Shown here one piece after another: positions 7,763 to 17,001 of a stretch of 30,690 nt of DNA. A model generated the notes under the pieces. It saw only the letters and a program-made list of their open reading frames with translations, was not told where the DNA came from and ran no database searches. The position numbers and the translations under genes are program-made. The stretch spans positions 1-30,690 of the forward strand of contig JBAPMW010000230.1 of NCBI GenBank assembly GCA_049278815.1, given 5' to 3'. Position 1 is the stretch's first letter. The number at the start of each line of letters is the position of its first letter. This stretch comes from Hyphomicrobiaceae bacterium (GTDB lineage: Bacteria; Pseudomonadota; Alphaproteobacteria; Rhizobiales; Hyphomicrobiaceae).

Positions 7763-9706
7763 ATGCCGCCACGTCTGCTCAACCCGATCATGTATGTGCT
7801 GCGCGCCGCCGTAGTGATCCTGGTGGTCGGCTGGATTCTCGACATTCCGGGGCGGCTCCAGATCGGCCTGTTTACCGAGCAGATCCTGGTCGCGGTGCTC
7901 GGCCTGTCGCTGGCCCTGACGTTCCTGACCTTCCCGCTGGGCTACGGCCGCACCGGCGAGGAGGCCGTCGCCGCGCGGGCGCTGGAGAAGACAGTCGCGG
8001 CCGTCGGCTGGATCGACGTCGTGCTCGCCGCGGCCGCGCTGATCTCATGCTTCTACGTCGCGATCCGTTATCCGGCGCTGATCGTCGAGCTGGTGACGCG
8101 GCCGTGGTACGGCATCCTGGTCGCCAGCGTGATCGTGCTGCTGGTGTTCGAGGCGAGCCGCCGCGTCACCGGGCTCGCGCTGCTCCTGATCGTGCTCGCG
8201 CTCTGTGCGCACGCGATGTTCAGCTATCTGCTGCCCGAGAGCTTCGCGGCGCGGCCCGTATCGCTGAGCCGGCTTGTCGTCTACCTGGGCATCGACACCA
8301 ATGCGCTGCTCGGCACCACGCTGCAGATCGCGGTGATCGTGGTCGTCCCCTTCATCATCATGGGCCAAGTGCTGGCGCGCTGCGGCGGCTCGGATTTCTT
8401 CGCCGATCTCGCCGCCGCGCTGATGGGGCGCTTCCGCGGCGGCGCGGCGAAGATCGCCGTGGTCGGCTCGGCGTTCTTCGGCATGATCTCGGGCAGCGCG
8501 GTCGCCAACGTCGCGAGTGTCGGCACCATCACGATCCCGCTGATGAAGCGCGCCGGCTACCCCGGCAACGTTGCCGCCGGCGTCGAGGCGGTCGGCTCGA
8601 CCGGCGGCCAGATCGCGCCGCCGGTGATGGGCGCGGCCGCCTTCCTGATGGCCGAGTATCTGCAAGTGCCCTACGCCGAGGTGCTGCTGGCCGCGATCAT
8701 TCCAGCGTTTCTTTATTATGCGGCGCTGTTCATTCAGGTCGATCTGGAGTCGGTGAAGCTTGGCGTGATGGGCGCGCCGCGCGAGAGCCTGCCGCGGGTC
8801 GGCAAGGTGCTGCGCGAGGGCTGGCATTTCACGATCCCGTTCGCCGTGCTGGTGGTCGGCCTGATCAAGCTCAACTGGGAGCCCGAATACGCGGCGCTGG
8901 TCGCGACCGCACTGCTCGGCCTGCTGGCGATGACGGTGCCATACAGGGGCAAGCGCCTGTCGCTCCGCGGCGTGCTCGATGCGGTCGTGGCGGCGGGCGG
9001 CGCGGTGGTCGATATCATCGCCATCACGGCGATCGCCGGCATCCTGATCGGCGCGATGAGCATCACCGGCGTGGCGTTCTCGCTGACGCAGCAGCTGCTG
9101 ACCATCAGCGGCGGCAACATCGCGCTGTTGCTGGTCATCACCGCCTTCGCCGCGTTCCTGCTCGGCCTGCCGCTGCCGACCACCGGCGTCTACATCATCC
9201 TTGCGACACTCGCCGCTCCGGCCCTGGTGCAGGCCGGCATTCCGCCGATGCAGGCGCATCTCTTCGTGCTGTTCAACGGTATCCTCGGCATGGTGACGCC
9301 GCCGGTCGCGCTCGCCGCCTTCGCCGCGGCGACGATCGCGCGCTCCGACCAATGGCAGACCGGATGGACCGCAATGCGGATCGGCTGGTGCGCCTATTTC
9401 CTGCCGTTCATGTTCGTCTATACGCCGGCGCTGGTGATGAACGACGCGCCGCTGTCGATCGTCCTGCATCTTGCACTGTCGCTGCTCGGCATCTTCATCG
9501 CCACGATCGCGGTGGTGGGCCATTGGCTCGCGCCGGTGCCGTGGCCGTTCCGTGCCGCTTACGCGGCCATCGGCCTGTCGCTGCTGGTCCAGCCGAGGAT
9601 GTTCGACGGCGCGTGGTGGGTGATCGGCGTCGGCGCCGTCCTTGCCGTCGTTGCGATCGGCCGCGAATGGATGCGCGGCAAGAAACTGCGCACAGCCACC
9701 GCGTAA
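7763..9706 (+). CDS. TRAP transporter fused (4TM/12TM, DctQM) permease
   Basis: Highly hydrophobic; GRFRGGAAKIAVVGSAFFGMISGSAVANV, TIPLMKRAGY, GGQIAPPVMGAAAFLMAEYL, LGLPLPTTGVYI and VTPPVALAAFAAA motifs; follows the TAXI binding-protein gene. Confidence 0.92.
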   Translation: MPPRLLNPIMYVLRAAVVILVVGWILDIPGRLQIGLFTEQILVAVLGLSLALTFLTFPLGYGRTGEEAVAARALEKTVAAVGWIDVVLAAAALISCFYVAIRYPALIVELVTRPWYGILVASVIVLLVFEASRRVTGLALLLIVLALCAHAMFSYLLPESFAARPVSLSRLVVYLGIDTNALLGTTLQIAVIVVVPFIIMGQVLARCGGSDFFADLAAALMGRFRGGAAKIAVVGSAFFGMISGSAVANVASVGTITIPLMKRAGYPGNVAAGVEAVGSTGGQIAPPVMGAAAFLMAEYLQVPYAEVLLAAIIPAFLYYAALFIQVDLESVKLGVMGAPRESLPRVGKVLREGWHFTIPFAVLVVGLIKLNWEPEYAALVATALLGLLAMTVPYRGKRLSLRGVLDAVVAAGGAVVDIIAITAIAGILIGAMSITGVAFSLTQQLLTISGGNIALLLVITAFAAFLLGLPLPTTGVYIILATLAAPALVQAGIPPMQAHLFVLFNGILGMVTPPVALAAFAAATIARSDQWQTGWTAMRIGWCAYFLPFMFVYTPALVMNDAPLSIVLHLALSLLGIFIATIAVVGHWLAPVPWPFRAAYAAIGLSLLVQPRMFDGAWWVIGVGAVLAVVAIGREWMRGKKLRTATA

Positions 9707-9797
9707 CGCTTAGTTTCAGGAATGCGAATGATGTGGCTCGATGCGTTCACCTGTTTCATCCGGGCCGGTTCTACGAGAGGCTGGTCCAAAGCGGCGC

Positions 9798-10232
9798 TCA
9801 GTTGCCGCCGTGCTGTCCCGGTTGAGGGCAAGCATCAGCACGGGAAAGCGCGTCGACGATCTTGCAGTCGGCGATACGTCCCCTGGCGCACGACTTGGTC
9901 ATCTGCTCAAGCTCGGACTTCAGGGCCATGAGGCGATCGATGCGACTGGTCACGGCCTGAAGGTGGCTCCGCGCCAGGGCATCCACGCCGGCACAGGAGC
10001 GTTGTGGCTCTCCCGCGAGGTCGAGGAGCTCGCGTATGGCCTCGACCTCGAAACCCAGCTCCCGCGCATGCCGGATGAACCTGAGCCGCTCGACGGCCGC
10101 CATGTCGTACTGGCGTCGATTGCTCTCCGAGCGCGGCGCGGGGGGCAGCAAGCCGATGCTCTCGTAATAGCGGATCGTTGGAACCTTAACGCCGGTCCGG
10201 CGCGCCAGCTCGCCGATGGTGATCGCTGTCAT
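9798..10232 (-). CDS. MerR-family metal-sensing regulator (CadR/PbrR-like)
   Basis: TIGELARRTGVKVPTIRYYESIGLL HTH, RLRFIRHARELGF, and three metal-binding Cys (SCAGVD; SCARGRIADCKI). Confidence 0.92.
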   Translation of the reverse strand: MTAITIGELARRTGVKVPTIRYYESIGLLPPAPRSESNRRQYDMAAVERLRFIRHARELGFEVEAIRELLDLAGEPQRSCAGVDALARSHLQAVTSRIDRLMALKSELEQMTKSCARGRIADCKIVDALSRADACPQPGQHGGN

Positions 10233-10239
10233 TGGGGAC

Positions 10240-10270
10240 TTGATCCTCTAGTCGCTAGAGAATGTAGGGT
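10240..10270 (+). promoter_or_regulatory. MerR-type promoter/operator for the CDF gene
   Basis: -35 TTGATC (10240-10245), 19-bp spacer containing the dyad CTCTAG-tcg-CTAGAG (10246-10260), -10 TAGGGT (10265-10270). This is the standard MerR arrangement. Confidence 0.85.
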
Positions 10271-10297
10271 GCCGGCGATTGAAAGGAAACTACCGGC

Positions 10298-10972
10298 ATG
10301 TCGGCATCCCCCTGTGGCACCTCCTGCTGTGGAGCAAGCGTGCGCTTCGACGGCCTCGACCCGCGCTACAAGCGCGCGCTCTGGAGCGTCATCGCCATCA
10401 ACGCAGCGATGTTCGTCGTCGAGATGAGTGCCGGGCACCTCGCCGGCTCGCAGGCATTGCAGGCCGACGCGCTCGATTTCCTCGGCGATACGCTTACCTA
10501 CGGATTGAGCCTGGCCGTCATTGGGCGCTCCACCGGGACCCGATCCCTTGCGGCCGTCCTCAAAGGCGTGAGCCTCAGCGTGATGGGGATGTGGGTGCTC
10601 GGCTCGACGGCCTACAGCATCCTGGTGCTCGGAGTCCCTCGCGCCGAGGTTATGGGGCTGGTTGCCTTCCTCGCCTTGGCGGCCAACGTCGCCAGCGTGC
10701 TGCTGTTGATGCGCTACAAGGATGGCGATGCCAACGTCCGCTCGGTGTGGCTGTGCTCGCGCAACGACGCGATCGGCAACGTCGCGGTCATGGGCGCGGC
10801 CGTTGCCGTCTGGGCCGCGTCCTCGGCGTGGCCCGACCTGGTGGTCGCGGCCGTCATGGCCGGCCTGTTCCTCTGGTCCTCGGCGCACATCCTGCGCCAA
10901 GCCTGGCAGGAATACCGCTCGGATCGGACGAGCGCGGCAGGCATCGAGCACCCGGTCTCGCAGCAAAGGTAA
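10298..10972 (+). CDS. Cation diffusion facilitator (Co/Zn/Cd efflux), short form lacking the C-terminal domain
   Basis: 224 aa with GSQALQADALDFLGD, ANVRSVWLCSRNDAIGN and WPDLVVA motifs; Cys-rich N-terminus CGTSCCG; divergent from the MerR gene. Confidence 0.87.
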   Translation: MSASPCGTSCCGASVRFDGLDPRYKRALWSVIAINAAMFVVEMSAGHLAGSQALQADALDFLGDTLTYGLSLAVIGRSTGTRSLAAVLKGVSLSVMGMWVLGSTAYSILVLGVPRAEVMGLVAFLALAANVASVLLLMRYKDGDANVRSVWLCSRNDAIGNVAVMGAAVAVWAASSAWPDLVVAAVMAGLFLWSSAHILRQAWQEYRSDRTSAAGIEHPVSQQR

Positions 10973-11238
10973 GGGGACAGGCATGAATGCGCCCGCGAGC
11001 CCAAGGGACGACCTGCGATCGCTGATGCGATCGACCGCCCGGAGCCGAAACGCGCTGCAAAATCAACATGAGCTCTGCCGGCGACCTGACACAGGTCGTG
11101 GCCTAAAGATGCTGATGTACTGGAGAGTTTCTGGTTGCTGCCGAAGCAGTGGGCTGAGGTCACCCGTTCCGTGATTTGCCCGTCCAGTCCGTTCCTTGGT
11201 AAGGAATCGCAGGTTCCGACCCTCTCTGGCCAGCCAGC

Positions 11239-12528
11239 ATGAAGCCGCGGCGAGTCGAACTGCTGATCCTGCTGCTCGCTCTTTGCGGAGGGGCGGTGCC
11301 GGCGCTCGCGCAACTGCGCGGGCATGGCGGTCCGGTCCGTGCCATCGCCGTCTCTGCCGACGGCAGCCGCGCCGTTACCGGCAGCTTCGACGCCACGGCG
11401 ATCGTCTGGTCTCTCGCCTCGTCCACGGCCAAGAAGGTGCTGCGCTTTCACGACAGCGCTGTGAATGCCGTTGTGTTCCTCACCGACGGACGGATGGCAA
11501 CCGGAGGAGAGGACGCCAGCATCGCCATCTGGCAACCTGGCGCGAGCACGCCGGAGCGCGTGCTGAAGGGGCACACAGGTCCCATCGTGGGTCTGGCGGT
11601 CTCGCCGGACGGGAAGACCCTCGGCTCCGCATCCTGGGACCGGACCGCGCGGCTGTGGTCGCTCTCGGGTGGAGCCTCGCAAGTCCTTAAAGGACATGCG
11701 CAGAACGTCAACGGCATCGCCTTCACGCCCGACGGTCGGTCGGTTGTGACGGCGGGATACGACCTGACGCTGCGCATCTGGCCGCTGGCCGGTGGCACCT
11801 CCCCCACAGTGGTCACGTTGCCGACTCCGCTCAATGCGGTCGCCGTCGCCCCGAGTGGCGAGATCGTCACGGCAGGCGCCTCGGGCAAGGTTTACGTCCT
11901 GTCTGCCACAGGCGAGGTGCGCGGCGAGATCGAGGCCGACGCGACGCCTGTCATTGCGGTCGCCGTATCGCGCGACGGCAGGCTCGCCGCAGCTTCCAGT
12001 ATACGCGGCGCGGTGACGATCATCGATCTGGCAAGCCGAAGCCCGCAGCGAACGCTGCTAGGTCCGGGGCTGCCCGCGTGGTCGGCGGCGTTCCTGCCCG
12101 ACAACCGCACGCTGCTCACCGGCGGGAGCGACCGACTGGTACGACGATGGGACGCGCTGACCGGTGCGCGGATCGGCGACACCGGCCTCGGCACGCCCGA
12201 CGATCCGCTGGCCGCCTACGGCAACGATCGGGGCGCGCAGGTGTTTCGGGCCTGTGTCGCGTGCCACACGCTGAAAGCCAGCGAGCCTCCACGTGCGGGG
12301 CCGACGCTGGCCGGAATATTCGGCCGCAGGATCGCGACCCAGCCGGACTACGATTTCTCGCCGGCGCTCAGAAAGCTCGGCATCGTGTGGACGCCGGAGA
12401 CGGTGTCGAAGCTGTTCGAGATCGGGCCTGCAGCCTATACGCCCGGAACCAAGATGCCGGAGCAGCGGGTAGGTGCCGAGGACCGCGCGGCGCTCGTACG
12501 GTTCCTGGAGAAAGCGACGCGGCCTTGA
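11239..12528 (+). CDS. Secreted WD40-repeat protein with C-terminal class I c-type cytochrome
   Basis: Signal peptide; GH...WD-type repeats (GHGGPVRAIAVS, GHTGPIVGLAVSPDG, GHAQNVNGIAFTPDG, TGGSDRLVRRWD); heme motif CVACH, then GPTLAGIFGR and PGTKM. Confidence 0.9.
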   Translation: MKPRRVELLILLLALCGGAVPALAQLRGHGGPVRAIAVSADGSRAVTGSFDATAIVWSLASSTAKKVLRFHDSAVNAVVFLTDGRMATGGEDASIAIWQPGASTPERVLKGHTGPIVGLAVSPDGKTLGSASWDRTARLWSLSGGASQVLKGHAQNVNGIAFTPDGRSVVTAGYDLTLRIWPLAGGTSPTVVTLPTPLNAVAVAPSGEIVTAGASGKVYVLSATGEVRGEIEADATPVIAVAVSRDGRLAAASSIRGAVTIIDLASRSPQRTLLGPGLPAWSAAFLPDNRTLLTGGSDRLVRRWDALTGARIGDTGLGTPDDPLAAYGNDRGAQVFRACVACHTLKASEPPRAGPTLAGIFGRRIATQPDYDFSPALRKLGIVWTPETVSKLFEIGPAAYTPGTKMPEQRVGAEDRAALVRFLEKATRP

Positions 12529-12534
12529 CCGCGG

Positions 12535-14565
12535 TCAGCTTTCGTCCTCTTTCTTCCAGCGCTCGCGGAGATAGTCGTCGGTGGTCCGCACCGGCGCCCG
12601 CGGCGGCGCGCCATAGGGGTCGAAATCCTGCTCCGAGATCACCGCGACGCGGCAGTCGTCGCACATCTTGACGACCTCAAGCCGGTCAGACCCGTCCTTG
12701 AACATCCAGTGTGCGCCTTGGAGCTTGGCTGTGACCCGCTCGATGGTGCTCCTGACGCCGAATGCCTTGCCGCAGCGGATGCAGCAGAACGGCTCCTCCT
12801 CCTTGACGAGGCGCGGGCTGGCCGTGGCGGCGCGGAAGTCAAGCTGTGGCCTCAGCGCGATGACCTTCTCCGGGCAAGTGGCGCTGCACAGCCCGCACTG
12901 CACGCAGGCGTCCTCGGTGAAGCGCAGCATCGGGCGCTCGGCGTTGTCGCTGAGCGCGCCGGTGGGGCAGGCCGAGACGCAGGCGAGGCACAGCGTGCAG
13001 CCGGCGGCGTCGATCTCCAGCGTGCCGAACGGTGCCCCTTCGGGCAGCGCCACTACGTCGACTGGTGACGGCGCGGCGCGGTGGAGCTCGCGCAAGGCGA
13101 CACGCAGCACGTCGCGCTTGCCGCCGGATGGCTGGAAGGTGGCAGGGCTTGGTGACGGCGTCATGGGCTCTATGGCGCTGAGCGCGGCGCCGAGGGCTTC
13201 CGGGTCATCCGTCTCGATGGTAGCCAGGCGCTCGCCCTCGAAGCCGAGGCCGCGCAGGACCGGCGCGGCCAGAGCGAACGTACGCCGCAGGCCGGTCATG
13301 TCGTGATGCGGGCGCGCGCGCAGCAGGAAGCGCACCGCCGAGGCCCCGTAGGCGAAGGTCGCCGCCACCGCCTCAAGGCCCACCTGCGTGGCCTCGTTGA
13401 CGGTGAGAGGCAGCACGTTGGCCGGCAGACCGTCATAAAAGCGCGCCAGCGCGTCTATCAGGGCGCCGCCGTGGTCTGCATCGTGCAGCAGGACGACTGC
13501 GTCCGCGCCGCCGGCTGCGCGATAGGTCAGCAGCAGCGCGCGCAGCTTCCGCATCAAGGCGTCCGCTGGCGGCAGGGCATACGAGGCGGCGCCGGTGGGG
13601 CAGGCAGCAGCGCATTGGCCGCAGCCGGCGCAGATCTGCGCATCGATCGCCACATGGTCGCCCGCCGGGGCGATGGCCCCGGTCGGGCACAGATCGAGGC
13701 AGCGCGTGCAGCCGACGATGCGCGAGCGCGAGTGCGCGCACAGCCCGGCATCGAAGGCTATGTAGCGGGGCTTCTCGAACGTTCCAACGAGATCGCGTGC
13801 CTTCAGCACGGCCCTCAGCACATCCCCGGAATTCCCGGGGTCGGCGCGCAGGTAGCCATCCCGCAGGTTGGCGGCCGGGAGCAGCGGCGGGTCGCCGGTC
13901 AGGTCGAGGATGACATCGCACTTGGAGCGCGCATCGTTGCGCGGCTCCCCGAACACGAGCGTCCGGCGCGAGGAGGGCACCGGCTGCGCAAAAGCATCGA
14001 CTGTCAGCTCGAAGGCGCCGAGATTGCCGACGGCACGGCGCACGAGGCCGCGCACGACAGGGAATTCGGTGATGCGCGGCGGCGATATCTCGGCGGGCGG
14101 CTTGATAAGCACCGTCACGTCGAGGTGGTCCTTGAGCAGATGTGCGGCCTCCACGGCGCTGTCATCCCGGCCGTAGACGAGGACGACGCCCTCGCTTTCG
14201 AGGCTGACGGTCGGCACCGCCGGCATCGGCTCGGCCGCGGCCGCCAGCAGGGCGGCCATCTTCGGTCCGGCGCTGGTCCCGTCGCGCGACCACCCCGCCG
14301 TTTCTCGAATATTGACATAGGCGATGGGCGCCTCGCGGCCCGCCTCCCCGGCCACCTCGTCGAACAGGGGGGCCTCCTGGGTGCAGGCTACGGTGAGGGG
14401 CGCCTCGCCCGCGATGGCAGAGCGGAAGCGGTCGAGCTCGCTGCGGCACAGATGGCGCGCGGTGCCAACCTGCGCGTGGCGGCAGCCCGTGCGGATGGCA
14501 TCGGTGTCGAGGCGCATGGTGTCCTCGCACGAGCAGACGAGAATCTTGCGGGGTGGAGCTGCCAT
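12535..14565 (-). CDS. Multi-[4Fe-4S] polyferredoxin of FDH loci
   Basis: 676 aa with ferredoxin motifs CTRCLDLCP, CAGCGQCAAACP, CTLCLACVSACP and CVQCGLCSATCP, plus CIRCG and MCDDCR; N-terminal CSCEDTM / LCR / VACTQE / NIRETAGWS. Confidence 0.88.
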   Translation of the reverse strand: MAAPPRKILVCSCEDTMRLDTDAIRTGCRHAQVGTARHLCRSELDRFRSAIAGEAPLTVACTQEAPLFDEVAGEAGREAPIAYVNIRETAGWSRDGTSAGPKMAALLAAAAEPMPAVPTVSLESEGVVLVYGRDDSAVEAAHLLKDHLDVTVLIKPPAEISPPRITEFPVVRGLVRRAVGNLGAFELTVDAFAQPVPSSRRTLVFGEPRNDARSKCDVILDLTGDPPLLPAANLRDGYLRADPGNSGDVLRAVLKARDLVGTFEKPRYIAFDAGLCAHSRSRIVGCTRCLDLCPTGAIAPAGDHVAIDAQICAGCGQCAAACPTGAASYALPPADALMRKLRALLLTYRAAGGADAVVLLHDADHGGALIDALARFYDGLPANVLPLTVNEATQVGLEAVAATFAYGASAVRFLLRARPHHDMTGLRRTFALAAPVLRGLGFEGERLATIETDDPEALGAALSAIEPMTPSPSPATFQPSGGKRDVLRVALRELHRAAPSPVDVVALPEGAPFGTLEIDAAGCTLCLACVSACPTGALSDNAERPMLRFTEDACVQCGLCSATCPEKVIALRPQLDFRAATASPRLVKEEEPFCCIRCGKAFGVRSTIERVTAKLQGAHWMFKDGSDRLEVVKMCDDCRVAVISEQDFDPYGAPPRAPVRTTDDYLRERWKKEDES

Positions 14566-14699
14566 GGCACCGGACTTTCCTGGAGCGCTCGAGTTGGTCA
14601 GGCCGCGCCTTCCGCACGAGACTTGTGTTACCGAGGCCTGTTGGAATTATAATCGTCCTAAACGAGATGCGCCACGGCAGGAAGCCCCCCAAGGTCCCC

Positions 14700-15449
14700 A
14701 TGCCCAGCCCACCACGCCGCCGCCCTGCGTCTGAGCTCGATCTGCCGCCGCCATTCAGCCTCGTGACGCTGCGCGAGGTCGGCGATGCTTTCGCGCATGC
14801 GAAGGCGATCGCGGCCGACGCTGGCGCCGGCACGCTGGTGCACGTGGGCCGGTTCGACCTGTCGGAGTTCGCGGTCGTGCTTGAGCCGGAGGAGCCGCTG
14901 GCGAGCGCACGGTGGGCCTTCTACGTGGGCATGGTGGCGCTTTACGACGCGCTGGTGGCGCACGCCCCACCGGACCGGCCCATCGATATCCGCTGGCCCG
15001 ACGCGATCTACGTCGACGGCGGCCTGATCGGCGGCGGCCGGCTGGCCTGGCCCGCCGGCACCGACGATGCGGCTGAGCCGGATTGGCTCGTGTTCGGCGC
15101 CACCGTTCGTCTGGTCTCGCTGGGCAAGGAGGAGGCGGGCCTGCGGCCGCTGGCGACGGCGCTCACCGAGGAGGGCTTCGACGATGTGGGCTCCGGGCGG
15201 CTGGCGGAGAGCTTCGCGCGACACCTGATGCTGGCCCTTGACGCTTGGCGCGCGGGCGGGCCGCAGGCGGTCACCAGGACATTTCTCGATCGCCTGCGGC
15301 TTGAGAAAGGTGCCATTCCGGCCCTCGGCCCCGAGGGCGACCTGCTGGTGCGCTGGCGCGGCAAAGGGGAGCCGGATCGCCACGCGCTGGCCGACGCCCT
15401 CGCCAATCCCTCCTGGCTCGATCCCTCCACCGGAGGGCCGCACGCATGA
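14700..15449 (+). CDS. Biotin/lipoate-protein-ligase-fold protein (DUF4444-associated type)
   Basis: AVVLEPEEPL, IRWPDAIYVDGGLIGGGRL and PDWLVFG resemble the BPL/LplA catalytic fold. Alternative in-frame ATG at 14667. Confidence 0.72.
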   Translation: MPSPPRRRPASELDLPPPFSLVTLREVGDAFAHAKAIAADAGAGTLVHVGRFDLSEFAVVLEPEEPLASARWAFYVGMVALYDALVAHAPPDRPIDIRWPDAIYVDGGLIGGGRLAWPAGTDDAAEPDWLVFGATVRLVSLGKEEAGLRPLATALTEEGFDDVGSGRLAESFARHLMLALDAWRAGGPQAVTRTFLDRLRLEKGAIPALGPEGDLLVRWRGKGEPDRHALADALANPSWLDPSTGGPHA

Positions 15450-15991
15450 AGCTCCTCCGCACCATTCGGCTCGACCCGTCCGACACCTTCGTCTACGAGC
15501 AGGCAGCGGAGCCCGGAGAGTGGGCGGTGCCGGGCACGTTTGCGTTTGCAGCAGTGGATGTGGCGAGCCTGACAGGCAAGGCGCGCGCTGCGTTCCGCTC
15601 AGGCTTTCTCGGCATCGAGTCGCTCGGCCGGTCCACGCTGGTCCAGGTGGTCGAGGCGAGCGAGAAGGACCGCTCGGCGGCCGTCGATCTGCTGGCCCGG
15701 CGCCTCGTCGAGCGCTTCGGCGCGCCGGATCTCGCAGCGGCCAAGGCGGCGGCCGAGGAGGAGCTCGCCTATGCCGCCTCGCTCAGCGACCACGCCGAGG
15801 GGATGGTCATCGCGCTGGCGCGCCGACACGAGGGCGGCGACATTCGCGAGGCGTTCCGCACGCTGGCGCCCGGCGTCGCAGCCAGGCCGCATCGGGTGCT
15901 GGCGTTCGTGGAGGACAAGTCAGAGGAGGAGGAGGCGGCACCCGTGGAGGAGATCGACCTGTTGGCTCTCGCCAAGGGGAAGCGCCCGTGA
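15446..15991 (+). CDS. Conserved FDH-locus protein (DUF6505-like)
   Basis: MKLLRTIRLDPSDTFVYEQAAEPGEWAVPGTF...GKARAAFRSGFLG; ATGA-coupled to the upstream gene. Family label recalled from memory. Confidence 0.7.
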   Translation: MKLLRTIRLDPSDTFVYEQAAEPGEWAVPGTFAFAAVDVASLTGKARAAFRSGFLGIESLGRSTLVQVVEASEKDRSAAVDLLARRLVERFGAPDLAAAKAAAEEELAYAASLSDHAEGMVIALARRHEGGDIREAFRTLAPGVAARPHRVLAFVEDKSEEEEAAPVEEIDLLALAKGKRP

Positions 15992-17001
15992 GCGCCCGCC
16001 GCGACTTCTGGCTGGCCTGCGGCCACCACCTCCTCGACCGCGATGAGAACGGCAGGCTCGTCGTCACCGACGAGCTCCTCAAGGCCTACCTGGCACGCCC
16101 CGAGATCGCGCCGCCACCGGAGGCGTGCGCGGCCGAGCGCGCGCTGCACGAGATGCTGCTCGCCGACCCGCGCCGGCCTGTCGGCCGCGCCCAGGTTGCG
16201 GCGATCGCCGATGCCGATGCGCGCGAGAACTGGGAGGTGATGCTCGCCTTCCGCGATCAGTTGACCCGCCATGCCACGCTGGAGGCCGCCTACCTCGATA
16301 TTGTCCGGCGCGGCCTCAAGCTGCCGCACCTCTTTCTCAGCCAGATGACGCACGTCATCCTGCGCAATATCCTCGACGACTGCGATGACGCCTTCGTGCT
16401 GCGGGCAGCCGAGATGCTGTTCAGGCCGCAGAGGCTGACCGAGCACCAGGGGTCGCTGGTGGCCGCCGACGACGATGTCCTGTCCGGGCTCGGCCGTGGG
16501 CCGGTCTCGCCGCTGGTCTCGATGCTCGGATTGCCGGCAGCGGCCGAGATCGATGTGCTGAACGAGGACAACGCCGGCCTCTATTGGCAGCGCAGCGACC
16601 AGTTCGACATGGCCCTCGACCTGACCGCCGGCCGCCGCGGCCTGACGGCGCTGGGCGAGGTGATGCGGCGCTGGATTGCACATCTCCTCGGCATCGAGGT
16701 TAAGATCGAATCTCTGACCGAGCTGAAGGATGCGCCGCTCGTCTGGTATGTTGGGCTCGATGCCGAGGCGACGCGCATCGGCGACGCCCTGTGGAACGGC
16801 GAGGAGATGGACGAGGCGGCCCGGCGCCGCGTGGTGGGGCTCTACCGGCTCGCCTTTGCCGATCCCAGCGATGCCGATGAGAGGGTGAGGGGCGAGCCGG
16901 TGTTTCTCATCGCGGCGATGGCGGCCGACAAGGTGCTGCGTCTGAAGCCGCAGAACCTTATCGTCGGGCTGCCGGCGCGGAGTCTGGAGGCGGTCAATTG
17001 A
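15988..17001 (+). CDS. Conserved FDH-locus protein (DUF6352-like)
   Basis: GTG at 15988 overlaps the previous stop; DFWLACGHHLLDR...YLARPEIAPPPEAC...LKPQNLIVGLP. Family label recalled from memory. Confidence 0.7.
   Translation: MSARRDFWLACGHHLLDRDENGRLVVTDELLKAYLARPEIAPPPEACAAERALHEMLLADPRRPVGRAQVAAIADADARENWEVMLAFRDQLTRHATLEAAYLDIVRRGLKLPHLFLSQMTHVILRNILDDCDDAFVLRAAEMLFRPQRLTEHQGSLVAADDDVLSGLGRGPVSPLVSMLGLPAAAEIDVLNEDNAGLYWQRSDQFDMALDLTAGRRGLTALGEVMRRWIAHLLGIEVKIESLTELKDAPLVWYVGLDAEATRIGDALWNGEEMDEAARRRVVGLYRLAFADPSDADERVRGEPVFLIAAMAADKVLRLKPQNLIVGLPARSLEAVN

Noticed and set aside
10971..10979. AAGGGGACA, the reverse complement of part of the IS sub-terminal repeat, as a possible right end
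   Set aside because: Only 9 bp, single copy, no terminal ACA at the matching distance; better explained as an RBS-like sequence.
10983..11174. Small ORF MNAPASPRDDLRSL... after the CDF gene
   Set aside because: It has an RBS but no recognisable homology and atypical composition; possibly a stub, not supportable.
12526..12537. Perfect palindrome TGACCGCGGTCA between convergent genes
   Set aside because: Half of it is forced by the two facing TGA stop codons; the CCGCGG core is common in high-GC DNA.
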